From a virus (lineage: Duplodnaviria > Heunggongvirae > Uroviricota > Caudoviricetes), in the IMG/VR virus record IMGVR_UViG_2671180676_000004, positions 1 through 64,000 of that record: a DNA stretch of 64,000 nt, one strand, 5' to 3'. The notes under the pieces were generated by a model that saw only the letters and a program-made list of their open reading frames with translations, ran no database searches and was not told where the DNA came from. Numbering within the stretch: position 1 is the first letter of the stretch; every line of letters starts with the position of its first letter. Positions 1 through 10,023 of this stretch are shown here, in pieces. A program made the translations under genes and the position numbers.

Positions 1-125
1 ACTATTGGTGGGTAAGATCAGGGCACTCTATAAGCAAGATCCCTTTGGACGTCATGAAAAGTCTGGGAGGGTATGATCCTGCGAATGTGATCAGGAAAAA
101 AAGACCATCAAAGAAGGCTGCTTAG
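1..125 (+). CDS. 3' end of an ORF running off the left edge (partial)
   Basis: Open frame ending at TAG 123-125 (…GYDPANVIRKKRPSKKAA*); followed by hairpin H1. Confidence 0.2.
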   Translation, partial: YWWVRSGHSISKIPLDVMKSLGGYDPANVIRKKRPSKKAA

Positions 126-146
126 TTTGTTCTGGCGTCTGTAATT

Positions 147-210
147 AGCCTGCTTCTGTATATATAAATAACTACATATTAATTATTAATATACGGAAGC
201 AGGCTGTTTT
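147..210 (+). terminator. Hairpin H copy 1, intrinsic-terminator-like
   Basis: Arms 147-163 / 190-205 (agcctgcttctgtatat … atatacggaagcaggct) with one T·G wobble, AT-rich loop, then GTTTT. Confidence 0.55.
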
Positions 211-310
211 GTATCAGAGACTCCAGACCTGAACATCACTACAGAATCCACTAGAACCCCTTCCCAGACGCTTTAAAATCGATTTTATGAACCACTTTAA
301 GGAAACCAAC

Positions 311-541
311 ATGTCATACCCGACTAATGTCGTTGCGCTCGTAGAGAGCGATTTTCTGGCCCAGGCTCGTGAAATGATGAAAGATCGTGAGCAGGCTTTC
401 AACTTGTACGAATGGGCAATTAAGTGCTTGCATCTTGGCGAGCATCGCGAACTTGTTGAACAGCTTTTAGGTGAGTTGATCAATGAGGTGTTTGCCTTGA
501 ATGTTCAACTACATGGTAGAGAAAATAATCAATCACAATGA
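311..541 (+). CDS. Hypothetical small protein (76 aa)
   Basis: ATG 311 preceded by AAGGA; track ORF 287..541 trimmed to the SD-supported start. Confidence 0.45.
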   Translation: MSYPTNVVALVESDFLAQAREMMKDREQAFNLYEWAIKCLHLGEHRELVEQLLGELINEVFALNVQLHGRENNQSQ

Positions 542-1126
542 TAGATAAGTACAAACTATTCATAAAGTGAATTGTAAGTGCTAAGATCTGATAGTTTCCA
601 GTCGTAGACTGGAGACTCGACCTGATGGGTGGGGGTAAGCGTCACTGGCGTCAGGTTTAAAAAAGCTCACTACCAGCGTAGAACTGGTGCCGTTTAGGTG
701 TCGGGGAAGGGGGAACCAAAGTGAGCGGAGACAAGGGTCACTTTATGATTGTCGAGTCTGGGGTGTTTCGAGAGGTTGAATCCAGTACTCCCCTTCATAA
801 AGTGTGGGAAGATCTCGGTTCTGGGGTGCTGTCATCCATAACTTCCCAAGTCTAAGCTGGCAGTAGACTTAGACCATAACTTTTCAGGTTATGAAACGAC
901 CAGGTTGGTGAGGGATTTTTATACTCACCTCCCTGGGAGAGTATTACCTGAAAAGACAACCTCTCACTTCGTTCGAGGTGAACTTCACTCACTTCGTTCG
1001 TTCAGTTCAGGTTTATAAAAACCTGTTCTGGGAAGTAATTTGTTTATTTTAATAATTATTAACACGCACGCGTGTGCGCACGCGCGAGGAAAAAAAATCG
1101 GCGCGGCGCTTGATTCAGGAGTTTAT

Positions 1127-1720
1127 ATGACGACGAAGACACCAGCCCGATCGCAAGAAAAAACTCGCAAAAAAGCCAAAAACAAAAATTCTCCCCGCAC
1201 CAATTCCACAACGCCTGTCGTAGAGTTCAATCCCCAGCTTAAAACCGTGAAAATCTTCAGTGATGGCTCTTGCCTTAAAAATCCGGGTGGCCCGGGCGGT
1301 TACGGTATAGTTCTCCAGTATCGTGGTGAGGAACGCGAGTTCTCAGATGGTTTTCATAGCACCACCAATAACCGCATGGAGATGATGGGGGCACTTATCG
1401 GGCTGGAGCGTTTGAAATATCCATGCAACGTTATTTTGCACTCTGATAGCCAGTATCTGAAAAACGGCATGACACAGTGGATGAAATGGTGGAAACGCAA
1501 TGGATGGGTGACTTCTGACAAAAAACCGGTAAAGAATGTTGATCTGTGGAAGCGTCTGGATGAGGCTGCAAGTCGACATAATGTTCGCTGGAAGTGGGTT
1601 AAAGGTCACGCCGGGCATCGTGAAAATGAAATATGTGATCGACTCGCGAAGATCGCAGCTTTTTCCGCAGCAGATATGCCTCACAAGAAAGATATTGGTT
1701 TTGTTTACAACAAGCAGTAA
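1127..1720 (+). CDS. RNase HI-family ribonuclease with basic N-terminal extension
   Basis: Aligns by eye to E. coli RnhA; catalytic D/E/D/D positions retained ([29 protein letters not shown]); SD CAGGAG before ATG 1127. Confidence 0.85.
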   Translation: MTTKTPARSQEKTRKKAKNKNSPRTNSTTPVVEFNPQLKTVKIFSDGSCLKNPGGPGGYGIVLQYRGEEREFSDGFHSTTNNRMEMMGALIGLERLKYPCNVILHSDSQYLKNGMTQWMKWWKRNGWVTSDKKPVKNVDLWKRLDEAASRHNVRWKWVKGHAGHRENEICDRLAKIAAFSAADMPHKKDIGFVYNKQ

Positions 1721-1737
1721 GTAAGTGTTTACCTATC
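1718..1737. repeat. Motif B copy (taagtaagtgtttacctatc)
   Basis: Near-identical to the copy at 63701-63720. Confidence 0.5.
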
Positions 1738-1865
1738 ATTTTAAATCATGTATCTTATCGGCGTCAGGATGACAATGTGTCGGTAAGACACAGTTCCAGG
1801 ATGGAACGAGAAAGGCGGCTGGCAATCGCCAGCCGCAACTCTTTCTGACACTGGATGGAGTCCAC

Positions 1866-2360
1866 ATGGCACGTCAAACCTATTTCACTTCTGCAACTAA
1901 ACGTCCTCGTTCACTACGTCAAATTTTGGCCGAATTATTTAGCGGTCGTGTTCTGTCACGTCTTGATGAACTAGAGACTGCCGTTCGGTTGCTGAATGAA
2001 CGTTTAGATAAGCAAGCGTCAGTTGTTGCGAACGTGGGGGCGATTGTTACCTCTGGTTCTTCACGCGAAGCGAAAAGTACACGGCCTTTAGTGAAGGAGA
2101 AAAACAACAAGGACAGTTCGAATGGAAAATTTTCAAAGAAAGAGGCTGAAACCAATGGCCTACGTTCTCATTATAGTTTCACTGGCGACGGTAGCCGTTC
2201 CAGCCGGCCAGAGCCTTTTGATGCCGGGTTCATCCATCACCACACCTCCGTCGACGACAATTACCACCACTCCAGTAGAGCGTCCTGTCACTCTGGATGG
2301 GATGACGGTGGATGCGATACCTCAAGTTCATCCAGTTACTCAGGATCATGCTGTGACTAA
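1866..2360 (+). CDS. Hypothetical protein; C-terminal half may be out of frame
   Basis: N-terminal 85 aa protein-like; C-terminal part low-complexity while overlapping frame 2122..2373 encodes a TM/Thr-Pro-rich segment. Confidence 0.3.
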   Translation: MARQTYFTSATKRPRSLRQILAELFSGRVLSRLDELETAVRLLNERLDKQASVVANVGAIVTSGSSREAKSTRPLVKEKNNKDSSNGKFSKKEAETNGLRSHYSFTGDGSRSSRPEPFDAGFIHHHTSVDDNYHHSSRASCHSGWDDGGCDTSSSSSYSGSCCD

Positions 2361-2369
2361 GGCGGTTGT

Positions 2370-2567
2370 ATGAACTGGTTTTCAAATCACTTTGGAAAAA
2401 CTTGGCTGGCGATTCTGGCTTTCATAGCTCTCATGGCCGCCGGTTGGGTATCGAACATTGTAAAACTCGTTTGCTCTGGTGATCTCCAGTTTCAGGCTGG
2501 TATGACCTTGGCTCGTGTTGTTGGGATTTTTGTTTTTCCAGTCGGTTCGGTACTTGGTTATTTCTGA
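2370..2567 (+). CDS. Small membrane protein (65 aa)
   Basis: Two hydrophobic segments; ATG overlaps end of frame 2122..2373. Confidence 0.4.
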   Translation: MNWFSNHFGKTWLAILAFIALMAAGWVSNIVKLVCSGDLQFQAGMTLARVVGIFVFPVGSVLGYF

Positions 2568-2621
2568 CGGTTGTTAGTGCATATGCATTGACCGTCTTTT
2601 CGTAAGCAATTCATGTAACTA

Positions 2622-2637
2622 GAAAACAACTTGTTTT
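2622..2637 (+). promoter_or_regulatory. Motif A palindrome (gaaaacaacttgtttt)
   Basis: Perfect 7-bp inverted repeat, about 30 nt upstream of ATG 2661. Confidence 0.45.
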
Positions 2638-2660
2638 AACAAATAACAAAAGGAAAGCAC

Positions 2661-3086
2661 ATGTTAGGTTTATTCAAAAAGAAAACTCGTAAAGCTGTTA
2701 TCGAGGTCAAAAAAATGGAGAACCGAGATGCGGTTGAAGCCACCGTGTGGGGCGCGTACATGATCTCCTATGCCGATGGCACATGCGACGCAAAGGAAAT
2801 TTCCATTCTTGAGAAAACAATTGCAGCTCTGCCTGCGTTTTCTCCGTTTGCTGGTGAGATTGCCCAAATGAGCGCCAATATCCGTGCTCAATACGAAGCC
2901 TCACCGCGCCGCGCTAATGCCCAGGCTTTACGTGAGCTGGCTGATGTGGCCGGGACTAATGATGCAGTAGATGTACTGTGTCTGTGCCTTGATATTGCCG
3001 ACCAAGACGGTATTGGCGAACAAGAAGAGCTGGCCCTGAAAAAGATCGCACAGGCGCTTCAGTTGTCACTGGATGCTTATCTCTAA
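2661..3086 (+). CDS. TerB-like domain protein
   Basis: Two repeats of the h-x-ADG … E-E-L pattern (YMISYADGTCDAKEIS / CLDIADQDGIGEQEEL) typical of the TerB fold; SD AAAGGAAAG. Confidence 0.5.
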   Translation: MLGLFKKKTRKAVIEVKKMENRDAVEATVWGAYMISYADGTCDAKEISILEKTIAALPAFSPFAGEIAQMSANIRAQYEASPRRANAQALRELADVAGTNDAVDVLCLCLDIADQDGIGEQEELALKKIAQALQLSLDAYL

Positions 3087-3350
3087 TGCTTGAGAGATTC
3101 CGGCTTGTGACCGTCATTGCTCTTCTGGTGATGGCGGTGTTGGTGGATTTTACGGGAAAGATGATGTCTGTCATTTCTGATGGCGTCCTCATTGGTCTGG
3201 CGATCTACTTCGCTTATCCGCTAGTCCGTAAAGCAACGTGTTAATGACAAGGGCCAAATGGCCCTTGTGTTTCGTTGACCGAAATAGAGAGTTTGCACCT
3301 TTACGTTTAGCTTGCTCCCCTTTTATGCCACATCACAATAAAGCCAATAA

Positions 3351-3365
3351 GAAAACAACTTGTTT
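3351..3365 (+). promoter_or_regulatory. Motif A palindrome
   Basis: gaaaacaacttgttt, about 26 nt upstream of ATG 3384. Confidence 0.45.
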
Positions 3366-3383
3366 AAGCATTAGGAAAAACAC

Positions 3384-3953
3384 ATGTGCAAGAAATGCAA
3401 AGCGATAGCTGATGAACAAAACGCCTTATTCGAAGAAATGGATGCTAATGAACTGGTCAAAATGTTAGCCATTCTTCGAGGAATAGAAGACGTTTCCATA
3501 TTTGAGAGAGTGGTTACAGCACTTAATTTTGAGTCCACCTTTGAAGAGCCAACTCAGGTTGTAGCTTTAGCACATCATTTCGGTGTTCATTATCTTGCTG
3601 AAAAAGAGCGCGCTGATAAGTTGCAGGCGACTTTGGATATGGTGAGCGAGACTCAACGAACTGATGACACTAACAAGAGTGAGGCGATTATTGCCAGCAA
3701 AGATCGTGAAATTGCTGGGCTTAAATCCTCTCTAACGATGTTGATGTCTGCGTTCAATCTTATATCTTCTCAGGCGGGTTATAAAATGCCATCACTAAAC
3801 AGCGATGATCCGATGGCCGTTCGTCAGCTTTTGGGAGCAATGGCCGACCAACTCGACGACACAAAGAGTCGGCTTGAAGACATGATGCGTGAGTTAAGCC
3901 ATCGACATAACCTCGCAACACAGCCACACAAAGCCTTTCAAAGCTCTAATTGA
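3384..3953 (+). CDS. Hypothetical protein (189 aa)
   Basis: ORF with SD-like AGGAAA; followed by hairpin tatggccg…cggccata at 3959-3980. Confidence 0.5.
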   Translation: MCKKCKAIADEQNALFEEMDANELVKMLAILRGIEDVSIFERVVTALNFESTFEEPTQVVALAHHFGVHYLAEKERADKLQATLDMVSETQRTDDTNKSEAIIASKDREIAGLKSSLTMLMSAFNLISSQAGYKMPSLNSDDPMAVRQLLGAMADQLDDTKSRLEDMMRELSHRHNLATQPHKAFQSSN

Positions 3954-4008
3954 TCTGATATGGCCGCATGATCGGCCATATTGTGTTGATAAAAAACAAG
4001 GATGAAAA

Positions 4009-4290
4009 ATGGCATACGGTACAGGGATTTACAACAATAAAGGAATTAACGTTACTGGCTTCCTTACTCCTATTTTTTTTCTTGATCGATTTACTGCGTC
4101 ATCAGGCTCTAAGACGTACTCCAATCCGCCACCGGGTAAATCGCTACATGCCGTGTGGTCATTGATGCCTCTTAACAACGACAACTACATTAATTTACCT
4201 GTTCCAACAGTTACTATTAATGGAAATACGGTTAGTTGGTCAAATTTATATACGGGGCTTGGTTCTTACATATACACATACTGGGGATAA
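4009..4290 (+). CDS. Hypothetical protein (93 aa)
   Basis: ATG 4009 with SD CAAGGA 6 nt upstream. Confidence 0.4.
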   Translation: MAYGTGIYNNKGINVTGFLTPIFFLDRFTASSGSKTYSNPPPGKSLHAVWSLMPLNNDNYINLPVPTVTINGNTVSWSNLYTGLGSYIYTYWG

Positions 4291-4292
4291 TT

Positions 4293-4907
4293 ATGTTCGG
4301 GATGTCAATTACTCAATCAGATGGAAGTTTGTGGATGAGTCCAGAATTTACTCCGCAAAATCTGATTAATAAAGGGACAATGTCTACATCTAAAGGTTCT
4401 GTTTTTCAAACATCAATCCCATCAAACAAATCATGCTTTTTCTTCATAAAAAGCAGTAATAAGGCGAACATGATGTTTATTCATGAGCATAGTAACGGAT
4501 ACAATGCTCTCAGATTGCATCAGGTAAATGGTAGCCCCGGAACAATAACAGTTTATGCTTTTTCTGATATGGTGTTACCACATTCTGGCTATGGCATTGC
4601 CATGTATAACAGCGCAGGCGCAATGGTGTATCACGGTGAGATGATGCCCCTTGATGCGAAACTTATCACTATTTCTGACCCTCAATTTACAATAGATATG
4701 GGGTATCCATGTGCGGTAATGCCTGCTATGGTTGGGGTATATAACTATAGACGAACCGATTACGACAGACCTGTCTATGTAACAATGACAGGTGCAACTG
4801 AAAACCAAGTATATAACGGTCAATGGTATTCCGGTAATGTCACATGGGATATTAAGAAGATTTATACAAACAAAATTCTGGTGATAAATACCTCCAAGTA
4901 TGATTAG
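4293..4907 (+). CDS. Hypothetical protein (204 aa)
   Basis: ATG 3 nt after the upstream stop; frame already open from 4236, so possibly one gene split by a frameshift. Confidence 0.4.
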   Translation: MFGMSITQSDGSLWMSPEFTPQNLINKGTMSTSKGSVFQTSIPSNKSCFFFIKSSNKANMMFIHEHSNGYNALRLHQVNGSPGTITVYAFSDMVLPHSGYGIAMYNSAGAMVYHGEMMPLDAKLITISDPQFTIDMGYPCAVMPAMVGVYNYRRTDYDRPVYVTMTGATENQVYNGQWYSGNVTWDIKKIYTNKILVINTSKYD

Positions 4908-5010
4908 CCAATGCCTTTATTTGAAGGATTGCCTGTTTATTTCTATTTAGTACCTTTTCATTTTTGAAATAATTGCACCATTAAACAAATCACTTCTTAA
5001 TGGTGCAATT

Positions 5011-5487
5011 ATGAATACAGCCCTTTCCATCATCGACGATGCCAACTCAAACACTGCTATCGACTATCGGCAGGAAATGAACGTCATCCACGAAATTGTG
5101 GCCGAGTGCGAGAAAGAGATCGCCTTCATGTATCAGGTACACGACTTCGTTTATGGCGACGAACGCCACAACATGATTAATCGCCTGCTGAGACTAAACC
5201 ATCGACCAGATGAAGATCGCTCGCGTTTAAATCGAGGTTGGTTGGATAAAGTCGATCTGGAATGGGTGAAACAGAATATTTGGGCCGAGTACTGGAGGAA
5301 GGTCACGGACATGACTAACGTTTTGCTGATCATGCCAGCTTCCCGTCGTGACGAGTGGTATGAGCAATTTATCGAGGGCAAGCAGGAAGTCATCAAAACT
5401 GACAGAACCGGCTATCAGATGAAGGTTAAAGAGTTCGTTGGTGTACCTGAGTTCAAAGTGGATACAGACATCCCTACGATGGCTTGA
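5011..5487 (+). CDS. Hypothetical protein (158 aa)
   Basis: ORF preceded by inverted repeat gcaccattaa…ttaatggtgc at 4974-5008; convergent with hsdR. Confidence 0.5.
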   Translation: MNTALSIIDDANSNTAIDYRQEMNVIHEIVAECEKEIAFMYQVHDFVYGDERHNMINRLLRLNHRPDEDRSRLNRGWLDKVDLEWVKQNIWAEYWRKVTDMTNVLLIMPASRRDEWYEQFIEGKQEVIKTDRTGYQMKVKEFVGVPEFKVDTDIPTMA

Positions 5488-5545
5488 TCTGACAGCTATC
5501 TGCAAATTGCACAGATATCTGCCAGATCTGGTTCAGATTAATACA

Positions 5546-8500
5546 CTATATCTGCCCACCTACTCCTTTGAACTTTTCAATAAACGTGACGATTTTCTGG
5601 AAAACCGTCTGTTTTTTCGTTTTATATTGCGGGTTTAACGGACTAAGTTTTGGTAATGTCTCGTTTAATTCTGTGCCATTTTCGGTGGCGTATTCGCGTT
5701 TTAAAGACGTGCGAATATAGCGTTTCGCCGCCTCTTCATTGAGATTTTCTTCTTTAATCAACGCTTCTGCTTCACGTAGCTGTTCGTGTTGAGCAAAGGT
5801 AAAGAACGCGTCAATGATGCTGGCTTTGTCTGGTAAATCATCCAGGTTCGTTTGCTGAATAAAATCGACCACCAGGCCCTCTTTAGCACGGTTCCCTAGG
5901 CTTGAACGAATTAAGCGTTTGACCTCTTCGATCATTTCGCCCTTGCCTTTATTTTGTCTGTTGTGTTCGAAAATCAGTCCAAGGATATAATCCAGGTTTA
6001 TTTCCTGAGACTTCAGCAAATCGACCTCAAAAACTACGTCATCCCAGTCAGTGGTTGATTTCTCTTTTTTCTCAGCTTCTTTCTCACGGCGCTGCCAGTC
6101 GCGAATATCGTTATAGGCAGAACGATAATCCTGAATCTTGCGATCAGCAGGGAGACGAATTGTTTGCAATTCAGCGAACTTTTCATCATCCACATAATGT
6201 TCTGCTTTGAATTTTTCTACCGCAACAGGATCGCTAAGATCGATTTGTTGCAGGGCTTTTAGCGTGGCAAATTCATCATAGTTTTGCAGGATGTTCTCGG
6301 CACGCAGGTATTCGCCAAACAGTTTAACGAAGTCTTTCTTCTCTTTTTCACTTTCAATACTGGCAGGGTCAGGGAACCGTTGTTCCAGTTCTGAAACTAC
6401 TGCCATAAAGCCGCGTTTAGCTTCACCTGTAGCAGCATCAGTAAAGCCTTCCATATACTCTGCATAACTCTTTTCTAACACTACATTTTTGGTGTTTTTG
6501 TCACCAAACAGCGTTATGGCATCGATGGTTGAGCGTTCCAGATCGCGGAAAGTGACGATATTACCGAAGGTTTTAGTCGCGTCATAAATGCGGTTGGTAC
6601 GGGAAAATGCCTGCATCAGGCCGTGAAAACGCAAGTTTTTATCGACGAATAGCGTGTTTAATGTTGGAGCATCGAAGCCGGTTAAAAACATCCCCACGAC
6701 GATTAACAAGTCAACATCCTGATTTTTAACCCGCTGAGCCAGGTCCCGATAGTAGTTCTGAAAACCCTTGCTATCAGTGCTGAAATTCATTTGAAAATGG
6801 TCGTTATACTCACGAATTGCAGCGTCCAGAAACTCTTTAGCACTGCTGTCCATTGCACTGGTATCAAAAGATTCATCGGATATTTCACCAATGGCATTTT
6901 GTTCTTCATTAGCGGCAAAGGAGAAGATTGTCGCAACACGCAGTGGTTTATAGGTAGCAGATTTATTAGCTGCTTCCTCTTGTAACCGTTTAAACGTCGC
7001 GTAATAGGCTTTCGCGGCATCCACGCTGCTCACTGCCAACATAGCATTAAAACCTTTTGAGCCAGGGAAGGTACGGTGGGTTTTCTGGCGGAAATTATTC
7101 AGAATATATTGCGTGATTTCCTGAATACGCATGGGATGAAGAAACGCCTGCTGATTTTCAGCCGCACTCAGTTTTTTCTCGTCAGTTTCTGTCTCTAAAG
7201 ACTTAAACTGTGGCCGCACATCGTTGTAGTCCACCTTGAATTTGAGCACTTTTTCGTCACGAATCGCATCGGTAATTACATACGAATGCAATTCACGACC
7301 AAATACGCTGGCGGTTGTTTCTGAGCCTAAGGCGTTTTCCGGGAAAATAGGGGTGCCGGTAAAACCAAACTGATAATAACGTTTGAATTTCTTCTTCAGG
7401 TTTTTCTGCGCTTCTCCAAACTGGCTGCGGTGGCATTCATCAAATATAAACACCACTTGCTGATTATATACAGGCAGGTCGCTTTCTGCTTTCATCAGGT
7501 TATTGAGTTTCTGAATAGTAGTGACGATAATTTTGTTATCGTCCTTATCCAGATTTCGTTTAAGGCCTGCGGTATTTTCCGAGCCGTTGACGCTGTCTGG
7601 CGAAAAACGCTGATATTCCTTCATGGTCTGGTAATCGAGGTCTTTCCTGTCGACCACAAAGAAGACTTTATCAATAAAGTCCAGCTCTGTTGCCAGACGC
7701 GCGGCTTTAAAGCTGGTGAGGGTTTTACCAGAACCGGTAGTGTGCCAGATATACCCACCGCTTTCCGGTTTTGACCAGTTCTTCGCTGTAAAGGAACTCT
7801 TAATTTTCCACAGAATGCGCTCGGTGGCGGCAATCTGGTACGGTCGCATCACCAGTAGCGTCTGACTACTGTCAAAAACGCTGTAGTTCACCAGAACATT
7901 CAGCAGAGTATGTTTCTGGAAAAAGGTAGCGGTAAAGTCTTTGAGGTCTTTAATCAGCGTGTTGTCTGATTTCGCCCAATTCATGGTGAAGTCAAAACTG
8001 TTTTTATCGCGCTTTGTGGTGTTGGCAAAATAACGGGTATCAGTGCCGTTGGAAATGACGAACAGCTGCAGATACTTAAACAGGGAATTTTCGCTGTTAA
8101 AACTCTCTTTACTGTAACGATGTATCTGGTTGAAAGCCTCACGAATCGCCACCCCGCGTTTTTTTAGTTCGATTTGCACCAGCGGTAAACCATTAACCAG
8201 GATCGTGACGTCATAACGGTTAGCATGAGAACCCGTCTGTTCAAACTGCTGGATAATCTGCACCTTATTGCGCATGAGATTCTTTTTATCTATCAAATAG
8301 ATGTTCTCAAGTCGCCCGTCGTCAAAAATAAAGTCGCAGATATAGTCGATATGGATTTTACGGGTTTTATCCAGAATACCATCGCTGGGGTTGTCCAGAT
8401 ACTGCTCCGTGAAGCGCCGCCACTCGCTGTCATTAAACATCACACCATTGAGGCTCTGAAGCTGTTCCCGAACATTGGACAGCATTGCCGACTGTGATTT

Positions 8501-8662
8501 TACGGAAATAAATTCATAACCCTGATTCCGCAGGTCCTGAATCAGTTCACGTTCCAGGTCCGATTCGCTCTGGTAGCTGTCGCTTGTTTGCTCAGCTTTG
8601 ATGTACTTATCAAGGACGATAAAGTTATTGGATTCAGCAATGGTGTGTGTTTGATGAGTCAT
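5546..8662 (-). CDS. hsdR: Type I restriction enzyme R subunit
   Basis: 1038 aa; SF2 motifs TGSGKT and DECH ([10 protein letters not shown]); directly downstream of hsdM-hsdS. Confidence 0.9.
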   Translation of the reverse strand: MTHQTHTIAESNNFIVLDKYIKAEQTSDSYQSESDLERELIQDLRNQGYEFISVKSQSAMLSNVREQLQSLNGVMFNDSEWRRFTEQYLDNPSDGILDKTRKIHIDYICDFIFDDGRLENIYLIDKKNLMRNKVQIIQQFEQTGSHANRYDVTILVNGLPLVQIELKKRGVAIREAFNQIHRYSKESFNSENSLFKYLQLFVISNGTDTRYFANTTKRDKNSFDFTMNWAKSDNTLIKDLKDFTATFFQKHTLLNVLVNYSVFDSSQTLLVMRPYQIAATERILWKIKSSFTAKNWSKPESGGYIWHTTGSGKTLTSFKAARLATELDFIDKVFFVVDRKDLDYQTMKEYQRFSPDSVNGSENTAGLKRNLDKDDNKIIVTTIQKLNNLMKAESDLPVYNQQVVFIFDECHRSQFGEAQKNLKKKFKRYYQFGFTGTPIFPENALGSETTASVFGRELHSYVITDAIRDEKVLKFKVDYNDVRPQFKSLETETDEKKLSAAENQQAFLHPMRIQEITQYILNNFRQKTHRTFPGSKGFNAMLAVSSVDAAKAYYATFKRLQEEAANKSATYKPLRVATIFSFAANEEQNAIGEISDESFDTSAMDSSAKEFLDAAIREYNDHFQMNFSTDSKGFQNYYRDLAQRVKNQDVDLLIVVGMFLTGFDAPTLNTLFVDKNLRFHGLMQAFSRTNRIYDATKTFGNIVTFRDLERSTIDAITLFGDKNTKNVVLEKSYAEYMEGFTDAATGEAKRGFMAVVSELEQRFPDPASIESEKEKKDFVKLFGEYLRAENILQNYDEFATLKALQQIDLSDPVAVEKFKAEHYVDDEKFAELQTIRLPADRKIQDYRSAYNDIRDWQRREKEAEKKEKSTTDWDDVVFEVDLLKSQEINLDYILGLIFEHNRQNKGKGEMIEEVKRLIRSSLGNRAKEGLVVDFIQQTNLDDLPDKASIIDAFFTFAQHEQLREAEALIKEENLNEEAAKRYIRTSLKREYATENGTELNETLPKLSPLNPQYKTKKQTVFQKIVTFIEKFKGVGGQI

Positions 8663-8784
8663 AGCGCATCCTTTGTGCCGCCTGGCAAGAGCCGGAAGGG
8701 CGTTAAGAGTGACTTCCGGCGCGTAAAAAAATAGTCTATATACTGACCGGGTGTTAAGGTGGCCCGATCGGTAGCAATGGTCAA

Positions 8785-10023
8785 TTAATTACTGACAGTT
8801 TCAGGTTTCGGGAAACTGAACAGTAAATCACGGTAGTATTCGTATTGTTTCTGGCGCAACTCGATTTCACGCGGGAGACCTTCGGTGATGGAGTTGGTCA
8901 GGGTGTCGAATTTATCGAGCAGAGCAGATATTCGCTCTTGTTTCTGTTTATCAGGCAATGGCACTGGTAATGTTTTTATAATATCTGCATTCAAGTTACT
9001 GACCGACCCGCTATTGATTTTACTTTCCCAATAATTTTTCACCTTTTTTGATGAAAGATAGTGATACAGATAATCAGCATTTAATTTTTCACCAAAATTG
9101 CTGATTGATGCCCATCCATCATGGATAGCTCCGGTTATCCTTAAAATATATGGTCTGCCAAAGCTCATAGAGTTAGAAATGACGAAATCACCGGGGTTCA
9201 AGATTCGCGATTTTTGGGCACCCTCTGCAGTTATTTTTTGTAAGGTTTTGTCAATGTATTTAGAGCCGGGGATAGTATCTCCGATTTTAATCCATGGGAT
9301 ACCATTTCCTTGTTCAGTAAGATAATTAACAATTGGCCTGGGGGATGCCCCACGTTGTATTTTGGCTACTTCTCCCAATGCCTTCCACTCAACCTCACCC
9401 TCTTTAAAACTCAGCAACTGGTCGCGATAGTAGTTGTACTGTTTTTTACGCATGTTAAGCTCAGCGGTAAGCTCAGCGGTAAGTGCAGTAAACTTATCCA
9501 GAATCCGAACAATTTCAGACTGGATGGCAAGGGATTTTCCCGGGGCGCTGGGACAAGGGATGGGTATTTGATAGTTTAAAATTGCATCTTTACTGCCTCG
9601 AGGCATCTTTGCCCCTTTAGCGTGCTGCATACTGTAAGAAAAAAATGAATCCGACGATAATGCATAGTAGAGATATTCTGGACTAATAATTTTTTTACAG
9701 TCTGCTAAAATGCGTATAGCAAGGACATCACCACTGCACCCGCCATTATTCTCCGCCATCCAAACTTTCTTTAAATATGGGCGAATATTACCTAAAAGAA
9801 TATCACCTGGCTCATAGGCAGTTAAACGTGCCGTATTAGGCTGATAGGTGGCGTCAATGCGACCGCCTTTATCAGCAAGGAGATTATCAACGCCAACGAA
9901 TGAAGTGGCATCAAGTTTATCAGCATCAACTTTGGTTGTTGAATACCCGGCGATATCGCCCACTGCTTTCCACTCAACCTCAACCCCATCCAGCAATTTT
10001 TCCAGATAACTCAACTCGCTCAT
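8785..10023 (-). CDS. hsdS: Type I restriction-modification specificity subunit
   Basis: 412 aa with two target-recognition halves, each ending in a conserved coiled spacer (…[16 protein letters not shown] / …[16 protein letters not shown]); overlaps hsdM by 4 nt. Confidence 0.85.
   Translation of the reverse strand: MSELSYLEKLLDGVEVEWKAVGDIAGYSTTKVDADKLDATSFVGVDNLLADKGGRIDATYQPNTARLTAYEPGDILLGNIRPYLKKVWMAENNGGCSGDVLAIRILADCKKIISPEYLYYALSSDSFFSYSMQHAKGAKMPRGSKDAILNYQIPIPCPSAPGKSLAIQSEIVRILDKFTALTAELTAELNMRKKQYNYYRDQLLSFKEGEVEWKALGEVAKIQRGASPRPIVNYLTEQGNGIPWIKIGDTIPGSKYIDKTLQKITAEGAQKSRILNPGDFVISNSMSFGRPYILRITGAIHDGWASISNFGEKLNADYLYHYLSSKKVKNYWESKINSGSVSNLNADIIKTLPVPLPDKQKQERISALLDKFDTLTNSITEGLPREIELRQKQYEYYRDLLFSFPKPETVSN

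Noticed and set aside
164-170. TATAAATA inside hairpin H resembling a T4-type late promoter
   Set aside because: Nothing else here is T4-like and the sequence is part of the hairpin stem and loop.
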